Shown: one piece after another, positions 28,971 through 38,312 of the stretch | Layout of the letters: each line of letters begins with the position of its first letter | How positions within the stretch are numbered: the stretch's first letter is position 1 | Source of the DNA: Candidatus Woesearchaeota archaeon | GTDB lineage: Archaea; Nanobdellota; Nanobdellia; Woesearchaeales; GW2011-AR9 | Direction: 5' to 3' | DNA length: 64,000 nt | Assembly: GCA_041665465.1 (NCBI GenBank) | Contig: JBAYIU010000001.1 | Location: forward strand, 985,332 to 1,049,331 | Notes under the pieces: generated by a model | Told to the model about the DNA's origin: nothing | Database searches by the model: none | Seen by the model: only the letters and a program-made list of their open reading frames with translations | Program-made: the position numbers and the translations under genes

Positions 28971-31442
28971 TTGAAAATAAATTTCTACCCTTTAGACTTT
29001 GACTATCAAGTCAAAGATGGACAGACTTATGTTTATCTATTTGGAAGAACAGAACAGGGGGAACGCTTGTGTGTGGTTCAAGCTTATAAGCCCTACTTTT
29101 ATGTTCAGATTAATGATATAGATAAAGAAGAACTAACTAAAAAGTTAAGTAAATTACTGATTGAAAATAAGCTTGAACCAGCTAAAGTAACTTCTTGGGA
29201 AGAAGTAGAAAAGGAATTGCTCGGTAAAATTCAGAAATTATTGAAAATATATGTCAATTATCCTAAAGCTGTACCTCTAATCAGCAGAGAATTGTCTTCT
29301 TGGGGCATTGAATGTTACGAGAAGGACATCTTGTTTGTACATCGATATCTTCGTGACCAGAAAATTTTACCCATGACTTTAGTCCAAGTGGAAGGAGAAT
29401 TACAGAAAGAAGGCGGTTTAAGAGTGCCCTTATTTATCGCTACTAAAATCGAACAAGTTAGCCATGAAAGTATTCCTAAACTAAAAATGTTGGGGATAGA
29501 TATTGAGACTTACGCTAAAGATAAGATCATTGATCTGGAGAAGAACCCAATCCTGATGCTCGCTTTTTATGGGGTTGACGAGAAGGGTGAAGAGTTTCGT
29601 AAAGTTATCACTTGGAAACGTTTTACTCATAAACTGGATTATCTAGAAGTGGTTTCTGATGAAGCAGAATTGATCAATCGTTTTAAACAAGTGATCATTG
29701 ATTATCAACCGGACATCCTTACTGGATATTTCTCGGACGGGTTTGACCTTCCTTACATTAAACATCGAGCGGATAAGTATCATATCGAGCTAGATATTGG
29801 CTTGGACTACTCTTCTCTTCAAACTGGAGGAAAAGCCGATTTCAAAGAAGGAGAAGCAAGCATTACCGGAATCTTACATTTAGATGTGTGCAAGTTTATT
29901 CGTTACATCTTTGGTAAGAACCTTAAGACGGACAGTTACACTTTAGATGCGGTAGCAGAAGAACTGATCGGACATAAGAAACATGTGGTTAACCTGGACA
30001 ATCTAGCTCACGTCTGGGATGACGGATTAAAGGAGTTGAATGATTATTGTGAATATAACTTACATGATGCTCATCTGGTATTACAATTGTGCCAGAAATT
30101 GTTGTATGACATGATTGAGTTCACTAAAATTGTGGGCTTGCCTACCTATGATGTTATTCGTATGCGTTTCAGCCGTTTAGTGGAGAATTACATCTTAAAA
30201 CGAGCCATAGAGTATAACGTATTAGCTCCGAATAAACCGGTGCATGAAGAAGTGGATCAACGCATGGAAGAAACTTTTCAGGGAGCGTTTGTGTATGAAC
30301 CTATCCCTGGATTGTATAAAGACATCATCGTGTTTGATTTTCGTTCTTTATACCCTAGCATTATCACTGCACATAATATCGGTCCGGAAAGTTTTCATTG
30401 TGACTGTTGTAAAAATGTTAAAGAAGCAAGAGTACCTACTCAAGATGAATATTGGTTCTGTAATAAAGAGAAGAAGTTTATCCCTACAGTATTAGAGCAG
30501 TTGATTTCTATTCGGGCCGATCTTAAGAAGCAAATTAAAGAAGCTAAAGCACGTAAAGAAAATACAACTATTTTAGAAGCACGTTCTTGGGGGATAAAGA
30601 CTTTAGCTAATTCTTTCTACGGTTATCTGGGATTTTTCGGGGCAAGATGGTACTGTATTGAATGTGCTCGGTCTACTACTGCTTACGCTCGCAATTATAT
30701 CTTGACTACCATCTCTAAAGCAGAAGAAGTTGGGTTTAAAGTAATCTATTCTGATACTGATTCCCTTTTTGTATTACTGGGAGAGCAAGGGATGGAGAAA
30801 GCGTTGAAATTCCAGAAAGAGATTAATTCTCATCTTCCCGGACAGATGGAGTTAGAGTTAGAAAGTTATTATCCTCGTGGGATATTTGTGGCCGCTAAGG
30901 GAGCATCTGATAAAGGAGCTAAGAAAAGGTATGCTTTAATCTCTAAAGAAGGAAAATTAAAGATTACTGGATTTGAAATGGTTCGAAGAAACTCTTCTTT
31001 AATCGCTAAAGAAGTTCAAGAGCAAGTTCTTAGAATGGTGTTAGAAGATAAGACTAAAGAAGCTTTCGATTATGCTCAAAAGATGATTGTTGAACTGAAA
31101 GCAGGGAAAATAAGTTTAGATAAGTTGATTATTAAGACTCAGATCACTAAAGAGTTAAAAGAATATTCGTCCATAGCTCCACATGTGGCTATTGCTTGGC
31201 AGATGATCAAGAAAGGTGAAAGGATTGCTCCTGGAAGTGTAGTTCAATATGTTATTTGTAAGGGAAGCGGTTTAGTTCGAGATAGAGCTAAACTACCTAC
31301 GGAAGTTAAAGATTACGATGCAGAATATTATCTTAACAATCAAGTTTTGCCAGCCATTTCCAGCATCTTTGCAGTGTTAGGTTATTCCGAAGAGGAGTTG
31401 ACTAAACGAAGTTCACAGATTGGGTTGGGAAAGTTTTTCTAA
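28971..31442 (+). CDS. polB: DNA polymerase, family B
   Basis: Exo motifs, KxxxNSxYGYLG and YSDTDS. 823 aa with no intein-sized insertions. TTG start directly after an in-frame stop. Confidence 0.9.
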   Translation: MKINFYPLDFDYQVKDGQTYVYLFGRTEQGERLCVVQAYKPYFYVQINDIDKEELTKKLSKLLIENKLEPAKVTSWEEVEKELLGKIQKLLKIYVNYPKAVPLISRELSSWGIECYEKDILFVHRYLRDQKILPMTLVQVEGELQKEGGLRVPLFIATKIEQVSHESIPKLKMLGIDIETYAKDKIIDLEKNPILMLAFYGVDEKGEEFRKVITWKRFTHKLDYLEVVSDEAELINRFKQVIIDYQPDILTGYFSDGFDLPYIKHRADKYHIELDIGLDYSSLQTGGKADFKEGEASITGILHLDVCKFIRYIFGKNLKTDSYTLDAVAEELIGHKKHVVNLDNLAHVWDDGLKELNDYCEYNLHDAHLVLQLCQKLLYDMIEFTKIVGLPTYDVIRMRFSRLVENYILKRAIEYNVLAPNKPVHEEVDQRMEETFQGAFVYEPIPGLYKDIIVFDFRSLYPSIITAHNIGPESFHCDCCKNVKEARVPTQDEYWFCNKEKKFIPTVLEQLISIRADLKKQIKEAKARKENTTILEARSWGIKTLANSFYGYLGFFGARWYCIECARSTTAYARNYILTTISKAEEVGFKVIYSDTDSLFVLLGEQGMEKALKFQKEINSHLPGQMELELESYYPRGIFVAAKGASDKGAKKRYALISKEGKLKITGFEMVRRNSSLIAKEVQEQVLRMVLEDKTKEAFDYAQKMIVELKAGKISLDKLIIKTQITKELKEYSSIAPHVAIAWQMIKKGERIAPGSVVQYVICKGSGLVRDRAKLPTEVKDYDAEYYLNNQVLPAISSIFAVLGYSEEELTKRSSQIGLGKFF

Positions 31443-31474
31443 ACTTTTAAATACTTTAATAATTTAATCCTCTT

Positions 31475-31705
31475 ATGAGTAAACTGGCCAAGAAAAATTT
31501 TGCTCTTCATTGGATCTTTAATGTCTCCGTTATAGGACTAGTCTTTTCTGGTTATCTTTCTTATGGAGAATTGTTTAGAAAGGTATGTCCGATTGAGGGG
31601 GGATGTTCTAATCTGTTGGGACTACCGGTTTGTGTGTACGGATTTATCATGTATCTAGCAGTGTTTATTCTATCTTTGTATGGGTTGAATGTAAAGAAGA
31701 AATGA
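31475..31705 (+). CDS. Small Cys-containing membrane protein with a VKOR-like N-terminal motif
   Basis: YLSYGELFRKVCPIEGGCSNLLGLPVCVYG. 76 aa only. Confidence 0.35.
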   Translation: MSKLAKKNFALHWIFNVSVIGLVFSGYLSYGELFRKVCPIEGGCSNLLGLPVCVYGFIMYLAVFILSLYGLNVKKK

Positions 31706-31794
31706 GAAGGTTTTGGGTATATCAATCCAGATAAGTGCTAGGGTATTATTTTGATCCTAAAGATTTAAATAAAAATATTGGTGTGATTTAAACT

Positions 31795-32559
31795 ATGAAT
31801 GTAGAAGAAGGAAAGGCTTTTGGGAAAATTAGCAACATATATGATAGTTCAAGAACTAGTTATCCTTCTGCTTTAATTGATGATATTCTCAATTTCTCCG
31901 GAACTAAAATTGGAAGAGTTCTAGATATTGGTTGTGGAACTGGTCAAGTAACAGCTCTTTTTGATCAGAAGGGGTTCTCAGTTACGGGATTAGATATTAG
32001 CCAAGAGATGATTAACATAGCTAAAGTAAAATGTTCGGGAAAGACAGACTTTGTTTTAGGTACTTTTGAAGGGGCAAAACTCTCCGAAGATTATTATGAT
32101 ATTATTACCTCTGGCATGGCATGGCACTGGGTTGCTTCAAAAGATCGTTATGAAAAGCTACATAGAATATTAAAGAACAACGGAACGGTAGCCATTTTCT
32201 GGTCTCATCAACAAAAAGAAAAATCTCAATTAGTGAAAAATGTAGGGAAAATTCTTGATAAGTATGGGGGAATAAACAGAGGACCAGCCGGATCATTAGT
32301 GGTAGAATCCTTTAATTCCGTCTTTCAAGAACTAAAAGAAAGTAATCTTTTTACTTCTGTTGAAAAGAAAGAATATGAGGAGAACATTGAGTTTAACAAA
32401 CTAAAATACATTAATTTGGTTATCTCCTATGGGTGGGTCCAAAAATTATCTGCAGATCAGCGAGAAGATCTAATTAATAATTTGAAAGAGTTATTTGAAC
32501 AATATACAGAACCTCTAATTATCCCCTACAAATATTTATTAGTCTTAGCAAGAAAGTAA
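31795..32559 (+). CDS. Class I SAM-dependent methyltransferase
   Basis: Motif I VLDIGCGTGQVT. Post-I D and motif II present. Confidence 0.75.
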   Translation: MNVEEGKAFGKISNIYDSSRTSYPSALIDDILNFSGTKIGRVLDIGCGTGQVTALFDQKGFSVTGLDISQEMINIAKVKCSGKTDFVLGTFEGAKLSEDYYDIITSGMAWHWVASKDRYEKLHRILKNNGTVAIFWSHQQKEKSQLVKNVGKILDKYGGINRGPAGSLVVESFNSVFQELKESNLFTSVEKKEYEENIEFNKLKYINLVISYGWVQKLSADQREDLINNLKELFEQYTEPLIIPYKYLLVLARK

Positions 32560-32639
32560 TCTTTTCCTTGAGCATCTCTTCTCGCTAGACACGCAGAGTT
32601 ACCGCTACCTTTATATATTCTCCACTTACTATCTAAATC

Positions 32640-33467
32640 ATGCAACAAGTGGGCGGACAAGCAGTTATTGAAGGAGTAATGATGCGTAACAAAGAGAAGT
32701 ACGCGGTGGCTGTTCGTCTTCCTAACGGTAAGATAAAAATCAAGAAAGAAGCTTCTTCTAAATATCCTAAATACTTTGATTTCTATTTCATTCGAGGGGT
32801 AGTAGGATTAGGTTATTCTTTATATGATGGAATCCGAGCCTTAATCTGGAGTTCTAACCAAAATCTCGGTCAGGAAGAGAAGATGAGTACGGGAGAAGTT
32901 GTGCTGATGTTATTAACTTCTTTATTCTTTGCAGTTGGTTTCTTTGTAGCCTTACCTTTTTTTACCGCTAATTGGATCAGTTCAGAAGGAGTCTGGTTTA
33001 ATGTACTGGACGGGTTGTTCCGAATAGGATTATTCTTAATCTATCTATGGGCCATTTCTAGGATGTCAGAAGTTAAACGGTTATTTCAATATCACGGAGC
33101 GGAACACAAATGTATTGCTTGTCATGAAGCTAAAAAAGAGTTAACAGTTAAGAACGTCAAACCTTATTCTCGTTTCCATCCTCGATGTGGAACTTCTTTC
33201 ATCTTTGTAGTATTATTACTTTCAATCATCATGTTTTCTTTCATTACCGGAGCTTGGTATGTTAAGTTTCTGGGAAGAATATTATTATTGCCGGTGATTG
33301 CAGGTATAGGGTACGAGTTAATCAAGTTAAGTTCTAAGTATCAGAGCAATCTCTTTGTTAGAATATTTATCGCTCCCGGATTATGGTTGCAGCGTTTAAC
33401 TACTGGAGAACCGGATGATAAACAAATAGAAGTAGGTATCGCTGCACTGAAGGGCGTGTTGAAGTAA
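32640..33467 (+). CDS. DUF1385 (YqhQ-like) membrane-associated protein
   Basis: GGQAVIEGVMMR and YHGAEHK signatures. Confidence 0.7.
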   Translation: MQQVGGQAVIEGVMMRNKEKYAVAVRLPNGKIKIKKEASSKYPKYFDFYFIRGVVGLGYSLYDGIRALIWSSNQNLGQEEKMSTGEVVLMLLTSLFFAVGFFVALPFFTANWISSEGVWFNVLDGLFRIGLFLIYLWAISRMSEVKRLFQYHGAEHKCIACHEAKKELTVKNVKPYSRFHPRCGTSFIFVVLLLSIIMFSFITGAWYVKFLGRILLLPVIAGIGYELIKLSSKYQSNLFVRIFIAPGLWLQRLTTGEPDDKQIEVGIAALKGVLK

Positions 33468-33499
33468 TATTTATAAATATCTTTATTCTTCCACCTAAA

Positions 33500-33709
33500 A
33501 TGGTCCTTGACAGTTTAGTAAATACTTTATCTTCAATGTATTCTCCGTTAGATTTTCCTATAGCTGGTTTAGAGAGTGGAGGTAACGGAGATATTTTAGG
33601 AGCGGGTATCTGGCTTGTTTCTGTAGTGGCAGTACCTATAGCTGCTTTTTATATTAGCAATTATGCAGGTAGAGCAAAGAAGCAAGATTATGATAATATT
33701 AAGAGATAG
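33500..33709 (+). CDS. Small membrane protein, hypothetical
   Basis: 69 aa with one TM segment. Confidence 0.3.
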   Translation: MVLDSLVNTLSSMYSPLDFPIAGLESGGNGDILGAGIWLVSVVAVPIAAFYISNYAGRAKKQDYDNIKR

Positions 33710-33759
33710 ATTCTAATTTATTATTTTAGGATTTAAGAAGAAATAAACTTGTTCATTGA

Positions 33760-35109
33760 CTAAAGCAATTCTGCAGCTAACTCCGCAGCAGCGCTTCTTT
33801 CTCCTTTCTTAACAATCACTGCAGAGAATAAAGGCTGATTAAGAAGTCTTTTAGTAAGATAAACCAATCCATTCTTTTCTTGATCTAAATATCTGGCATC
33901 AATCTGATAAGGATCTCCATTAAAAATAACTTTTGATCCATCTCCACAACGAGTAGCGAGTGTCTTTACTTCATTCTGGTTTAGATTTTGAGCTTCATCC
34001 ACGATAATAAAAGAACCGGTAATATTTCTTCCCCTAGCAAAGGTTGGAGGCATTATCTCGATAATTCCTTCTTGAACATAACTTTCTAAACCAAAAGAGA
34101 CACCTCCCCTTTCTTCTTCTCTGCGATGACCACGTTCTTGGTTTAATTGAATTACATCTATAGCATCAGCAATGGGTTGCATAAACGGAGCTAGTTTTTC
34201 ATCCAAGTCTCCTGGAAGATAACCTACGCCTTCTCCTACTGTACTTAAAGGACGGATAATTACTACTTTTTTATATTTTCCATCCGTCTCTACTTGATGT
34301 AAGGCTGCAGCTAATAAAATTAGAGTTTTACCTGTCCCTGCTTTTCCTATTGCTGAACCAAGAGTGATGTTCGGGTCTAGAGCTAAGTCCATCAAGTAAC
34401 CCTGTTCTTTATTCTTTGGTTTTATCCCTGAAATCAAGCCTCTTCTGTCCATTAGTTTCGTAAAAGTATGATAATTTCCATCTCTGGTGTGTCTGACACT
34501 CATTCCTTCTCCAGTTAAGAATAAATATTGATTTTGAAATAATTGGGGGAGTATTTCCAACTCTCCAGAACTTAAACGAGTACTTCTATTTTGTCTTAAT
34601 TCTTCTCTTTTATCTGGTGGAAGATCTATCTCTTCTTGCATGTTAAATATTTCATGTAAGCTTCTTCCCTTTCTAGCATCTCTTCTAACTTCTGCTTTGT
34701 ATCCTCGAACCAAAGCTAAGCTTAATAATCCTGTATCTTCACTAATCAAAGTAAGCGGATATCTGGGATCAGATTCTTTTAAATAATCTAAAAGAGCGGG
34801 GTCTCCATGCGTATACCTTGCACCTTCTTTTCCTGAAACAGCATGAAATATCGCTTGTCCTTCATTATAAGGAATGGGGTCTTGGGGATGTTCTGTTGAG
34901 AAAAGTAAGTCTCTTATTCTGCCTAAGGCTTCTTTTGCGTTTCCTCTGACAAAGGGTTCTTCATGATAATCATTTTTAATCTTATCTAACTCTTGTAGAA
35001 CCATCTCATGAACATAAACATGATTTCCTCCAGTTCCTAATGCCCAGATGACGTTTGGATCATCAATTAGGCAACTGGTGTCTAAAAGATAATGTTTTGG
35101 TTCAGTCAT
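33760..35109 (-). CDS. PIN-domain nuclease fused to PhoH-like P-loop ATPase (YlaK-type)
   Basis: N-terminal PIN (YLLDTSCLIDDP, second acidic cluster) and C-terminal GKAGTGKT Walker A with PhoH core. Confidence 0.85.
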   Translation of the reverse strand: MTEPKHYLLDTSCLIDDPNVIWALGTGGNHVYVHEMVLQELDKIKNDYHEEPFVRGNAKEALGRIRDLLFSTEHPQDPIPYNEGQAIFHAVSGKEGARYTHGDPALLDYLKESDPRYPLTLISEDTGLLSLALVRGYKAEVRRDARKGRSLHEIFNMQEEIDLPPDKREELRQNRSTRLSSGELEILPQLFQNQYLFLTGEGMSVRHTRDGNYHTFTKLMDRRGLISGIKPKNKEQGYLMDLALDPNITLGSAIGKAGTGKTLILLAAALHQVETDGKYKKVVIIRPLSTVGEGVGYLPGDLDEKLAPFMQPIADAIDVIQLNQERGHRREEERGGVSFGLESYVQEGIIEIMPPTFARGRNITGSFIIVDEAQNLNQNEVKTLATRCGDGSKVIFNGDPYQIDARYLDQEKNGLVYLTKRLLNQPLFSAVIVKKGERSAAAELAAELL

Positions 35110-35115
35110 TTTTGA

Positions 35116-35703
35116 TTATATCTCTCTTAATGCGCGAAGAACATGATTGTATTCTTTATAACGATTGTCTCGGCCTTCTTTCCTGAAATTTTCTGTCATG
35201 AATTCTTCTGAACCTTTTTCTAAGGCTTGATAAATCTCTTTTAATCCCGAGGTTGATTCTCTACTGATTGCTTCTGCAACGAGTTTCTCAATTGTACCCT
35301 CTTGAAAACGTAGGAATATTATTCCAGGGGTCCTTTCATGGGATGGCTTTTCTCCTTCATGAAGAGCTTCTAAGGCTTTGTCAACATTTCTCTGATATTC
35401 GGGTCTTAATTGAGAGAACGGTACTTTCCCCACATTAAGATGTTGAGCAAGAAGATATAAGGAAATTCTTGTCTCTTCTTGAAATTTTCTCTTGAAGTAT
35501 TCTACTGATTCTGGATCACCATTATAACTCAACAGATGTCTCTTAGGTAAACTTAATACTGAAGAAGAATAACTAAAAGCAATCTCTTCTGGGGAAAGAA
35601 CCTTCAACTCCTTAAGAATAACAGAAATGGGGTACCTTTGTCCCTGATGGTACATGTCTCTTCTTTTCTTAACAATTCTATCTTCAGGAGTAACCGGCCT
35701 CAT
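35116..35703 (-). CDS. Hypothetical protein (195 aa) between Rad50 and PIN-PhoH
   Basis: Clean ORF with no phosphoesterase motifs, so not Mre11. Confidence 0.45.
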   Translation of the reverse strand: MRPVTPEDRIVKKRRDMYHQGQRYPISVILKELKVLSPEEIAFSYSSSVLSLPKRHLLSYNGDPESVEYFKRKFQEETRISLYLLAQHLNVGKVPFSQLRPEYQRNVDKALEALHEGEKPSHERTPGIIFLRFQEGTIEKLVAEAISRESTSGLKEIYQALEKGSEEFMTENFRKEGRDNRYKEYNHVLRALREI

Positions 35704-35773
35704 GTCACTAACACTCGGGAATTATCTATTTAAGCGTTTCCATCCTCTAAAAGTTATAACCAAGAATAGTTAT

Positions 35774-38194
35774 TTACCCTACCTCACTTACATGCCCATT
35801 CTTACTAACCCTAATCACTTTCTCTACAAAAGTTTCAATCTTAGACTCATGAGAAACTATCAACACTTGCTTTAAATGCAGCCTATCCAACACTTCTCTA
35901 ACTTTATCTAGTTGCTCTGAACTGAAACCATCAGTGGGTTCATCTAAAATCAACAAGTCTTTGGTTTTAATTTCATGAATAACATCGTTAATAACCTTAT
36001 TCAAGGCTAATCGATAGGCTAAGGCACAAGAGGTCTTCTCTCCCCCACTTAAGTTGCTAAAAGAAATCTCATATCCGTTCTGTTCAATAATTGGAGTAAA
36101 ATTTTCATCAATCTTAGAATACACATTCTCATCTTCAATTAACAATCCGAACCATTCTTGGAACAATCTATTGAAAAGTCTATGAATAGTTAACATCATC
36201 TGCTTCTCAATGGTATACGTAAGAGGTAAAAAATGATCTTCTAACCAATGATATATTTCTCTAGACCTTAACAACTTCTCTTTCTGCAAAGTCAAACTTT
36301 CTATCATCTGCTTTAAAGGAAGTTCTTGGCGATTAAGATGATCCAGCTGGGTCTGCAACTGAGCCTGAAGGATAGAAACTTCTTTTTCTTGAGCTTGTCC
36401 CCCTTTAAGTACTCCCTTTTGTTCTTGGATGGGCTTAGTCAGGTCCATTAGATGGGCCAGTTCTTCTTCAGTAGAATGAATACTTTGATTGAGTTTATTC
36501 ACTTGTAACGAAGTAGATTCATGTTGTTGCTTAATCTGTACTGCTTGTAGCTCTAAATATTGTTTTTGAGCTAACTTTTGAGCTAATTCTTGAGCTTGAC
36601 TGATCTTCTGGTTAATCTGTTCTAAGAAGTTACTCCTCTGCAACGTTTCTTGTTCTTGCATTAATCTGTTGTTCTCTTGTACTTTAGTTCTTACCAACTC
36701 TCGTTGCTGTTCTAGTTGATTTCTTTTTTGTTGTAAGTGTTTTACCTCCACTTTTAATCTAGTTAATTGATTCTCTGCTTTGAGAATTGTTTCTATCTGT
36801 TGCAATATTTCATCTTTCTGTCTTTTGTAACTTAGATGGATCTGTTCTAATTCTCTCAGTTTCTTTTCCGCAAAAACACTTTTCTCTTGCTCTTCTCCCG
36901 ACAGGCGTTGCTTATGTTCCATAGGCACTTCTTGTAAACAAGTGGGGCAAGTGCTTAAAGAAAGTATTTTCTTTTGCAACTCTCTGCTCTGACTTAGAAG
37001 TAAAATATTTTTAGTGATAAAATTGGAATTTTCTTCCAGTTGATGTTCTACTTCTATCTTCTTCCGTCCTAATTCCTCTTTTAACTTAATCTGTTGTTCT
37101 AATTGTTCAATCTGTTTCTCTTTATCCGATATCTGAGTTATCTCTTCTTCCCCTAATTTAATCAGGGTCTGTAGCTCGGTTATCTGTGAACGTAGCTGAA
37201 GAATCTTCTCTTTCAAAGTACTTTCTTGATGTAAAGCTTCATTCCGAGTTAATTCAAATTCTTTAATCTCCATTCTGATCTGCTCTAAACTTACGTTAGG
37301 AGATAATTCTAAAGCCAGGATCTGTTTCTGTAAGAATTCTTCTCTAACTCCTAACTGGGCCAATTGTTCTTTCTTCTCTTCCCATAACATCTTGCTCTGA
37401 ACTAATTGTTGTTGCTTCTCCACAAAATATTTCTGTTTTAATTCTAGCTGATCTAATTCTTGTTGTTGTAGTAGTACTCTAGACCGAAGCTGTTCTAGTT
37501 TAGGAACAAGGTCATTTAATCTTAGTTGTACTTGCTCTTTCTCCTGAGTTAATTCTTGTAATTGTTTATTTTGTGTTTCTAACGGTTCAATCTTCGCTTC
37601 TAACACCGCTAAGTTAGAACGCATCTGTTTTAAGTAATTCTGCAAATTATCTCGAATGTTCTTATACTTATCAATATTGAAAATCTTACGTAGCACATCT
37701 AATCTTTCTTCAGGATTATCCTGCAGAATTAACTTCATCTCTTCTTGAGGAGTGTACAAAGTATATCTGAAAATATAATTACGATTTTTGCTGATTAACT
37801 CTTCAGGATAGCCTAATAAATTAATGATCTCTGCTTTCAGTTCTACCGGGGTAAGCTCTTTCTTGACTTGGTTAACGATTAAATAGCCGGTAGTTTGTTT
37901 AACTGAGTCTTTATCTTTCTTTAAGGTTCTCTTTATAGTTACTTCTTTGGTTTCATTCTGTGATGAAATGGTGAAAGAAAGTTCTACGCTTCCTTGGGTT
38001 GTTCCTTTTCTTAACAGGGCTTCTCCAGGAATATCTGGCTTAGAAAGACCAAATAAAGCAAATTCAATGGCCAAGAGAATGGTTGATTTTCCCGATCCGA
38101 TATCTCCTGAAAGTAATATTGAGCCGGAAGGAAGATCAATGGTTTGATCTAGGTAAGAACGGATATTTTGCAGCTTAAGCTGGCGGAGAAGCAT
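35774..38194 (-). CDS. rad50: Rad50-type SMC-like ATPase (DNA double-strand-break repair)
   Basis: Walker A GDIGSGKST, central coiled coil with zinc hook CPTC, signature LSGGE, Walker B LLILDEPT, H-loop VSHE. Confidence 0.8.
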   Translation of the reverse strand: MLLRQLKLQNIRSYLDQTIDLPSGSILLSGDIGSGKSTILLAIEFALFGLSKPDIPGEALLRKGTTQGSVELSFTISSQNETKEVTIKRTLKKDKDSVKQTTGYLIVNQVKKELTPVELKAEIINLLGYPEELISKNRNYIFRYTLYTPQEEMKLILQDNPEERLDVLRKIFNIDKYKNIRDNLQNYLKQMRSNLAVLEAKIEPLETQNKQLQELTQEKEQVQLRLNDLVPKLEQLRSRVLLQQQELDQLELKQKYFVEKQQQLVQSKMLWEEKKEQLAQLGVREEFLQKQILALELSPNVSLEQIRMEIKEFELTRNEALHQESTLKEKILQLRSQITELQTLIKLGEEEITQISDKEKQIEQLEQQIKLKEELGRKKIEVEHQLEENSNFITKNILLLSQSRELQKKILSLSTCPTCLQEVPMEHKQRLSGEEQEKSVFAEKKLRELEQIHLSYKRQKDEILQQIETILKAENQLTRLKVEVKHLQQKRNQLEQQRELVRTKVQENNRLMQEQETLQRSNFLEQINQKISQAQELAQKLAQKQYLELQAVQIKQQHESTSLQVNKLNQSIHSTEEELAHLMDLTKPIQEQKGVLKGGQAQEKEVSILQAQLQTQLDHLNRQELPLKQMIESLTLQKEKLLRSREIYHWLEDHFLPLTYTIEKQMMLTIHRLFNRLFQEWFGLLIEDENVYSKIDENFTPIIEQNGYEISFSNLSGGEKTSCALAYRLALNKVINDVIHEIKTKDLLILDEPTDGFSSEQLDKVREVLDRLHLKQVLIVSHESKIETFVEKVIRVSKNGHVSEVG

Positions 38195-38312
38195 GATACT
38201 TAGGGGGGAATCAGGTTTATATAGATTGTTATACTTGGAAACTATATTTTCTAAAGTAGTAAGCTTTATTAAATGGTATTAGTGCTCCTATTTAAAATGA
38301 GGATGATGATAG

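Noticed and set aside
28971-31442. Possible inteins in the family-B polymerase
   Set aside because: Protein length (823 aa) and uninterrupted motif spacing leave no room for an intein.
35116-35703. The 195 aa protein downstream of rad50 as a diverged Mre11
   Set aside because: No phosphoesterase motifs (D-x-H, GD-x-x-D, GNHD/E, GH-x-H) and far too short. Kept as an unknown Rad50-associated candidate.
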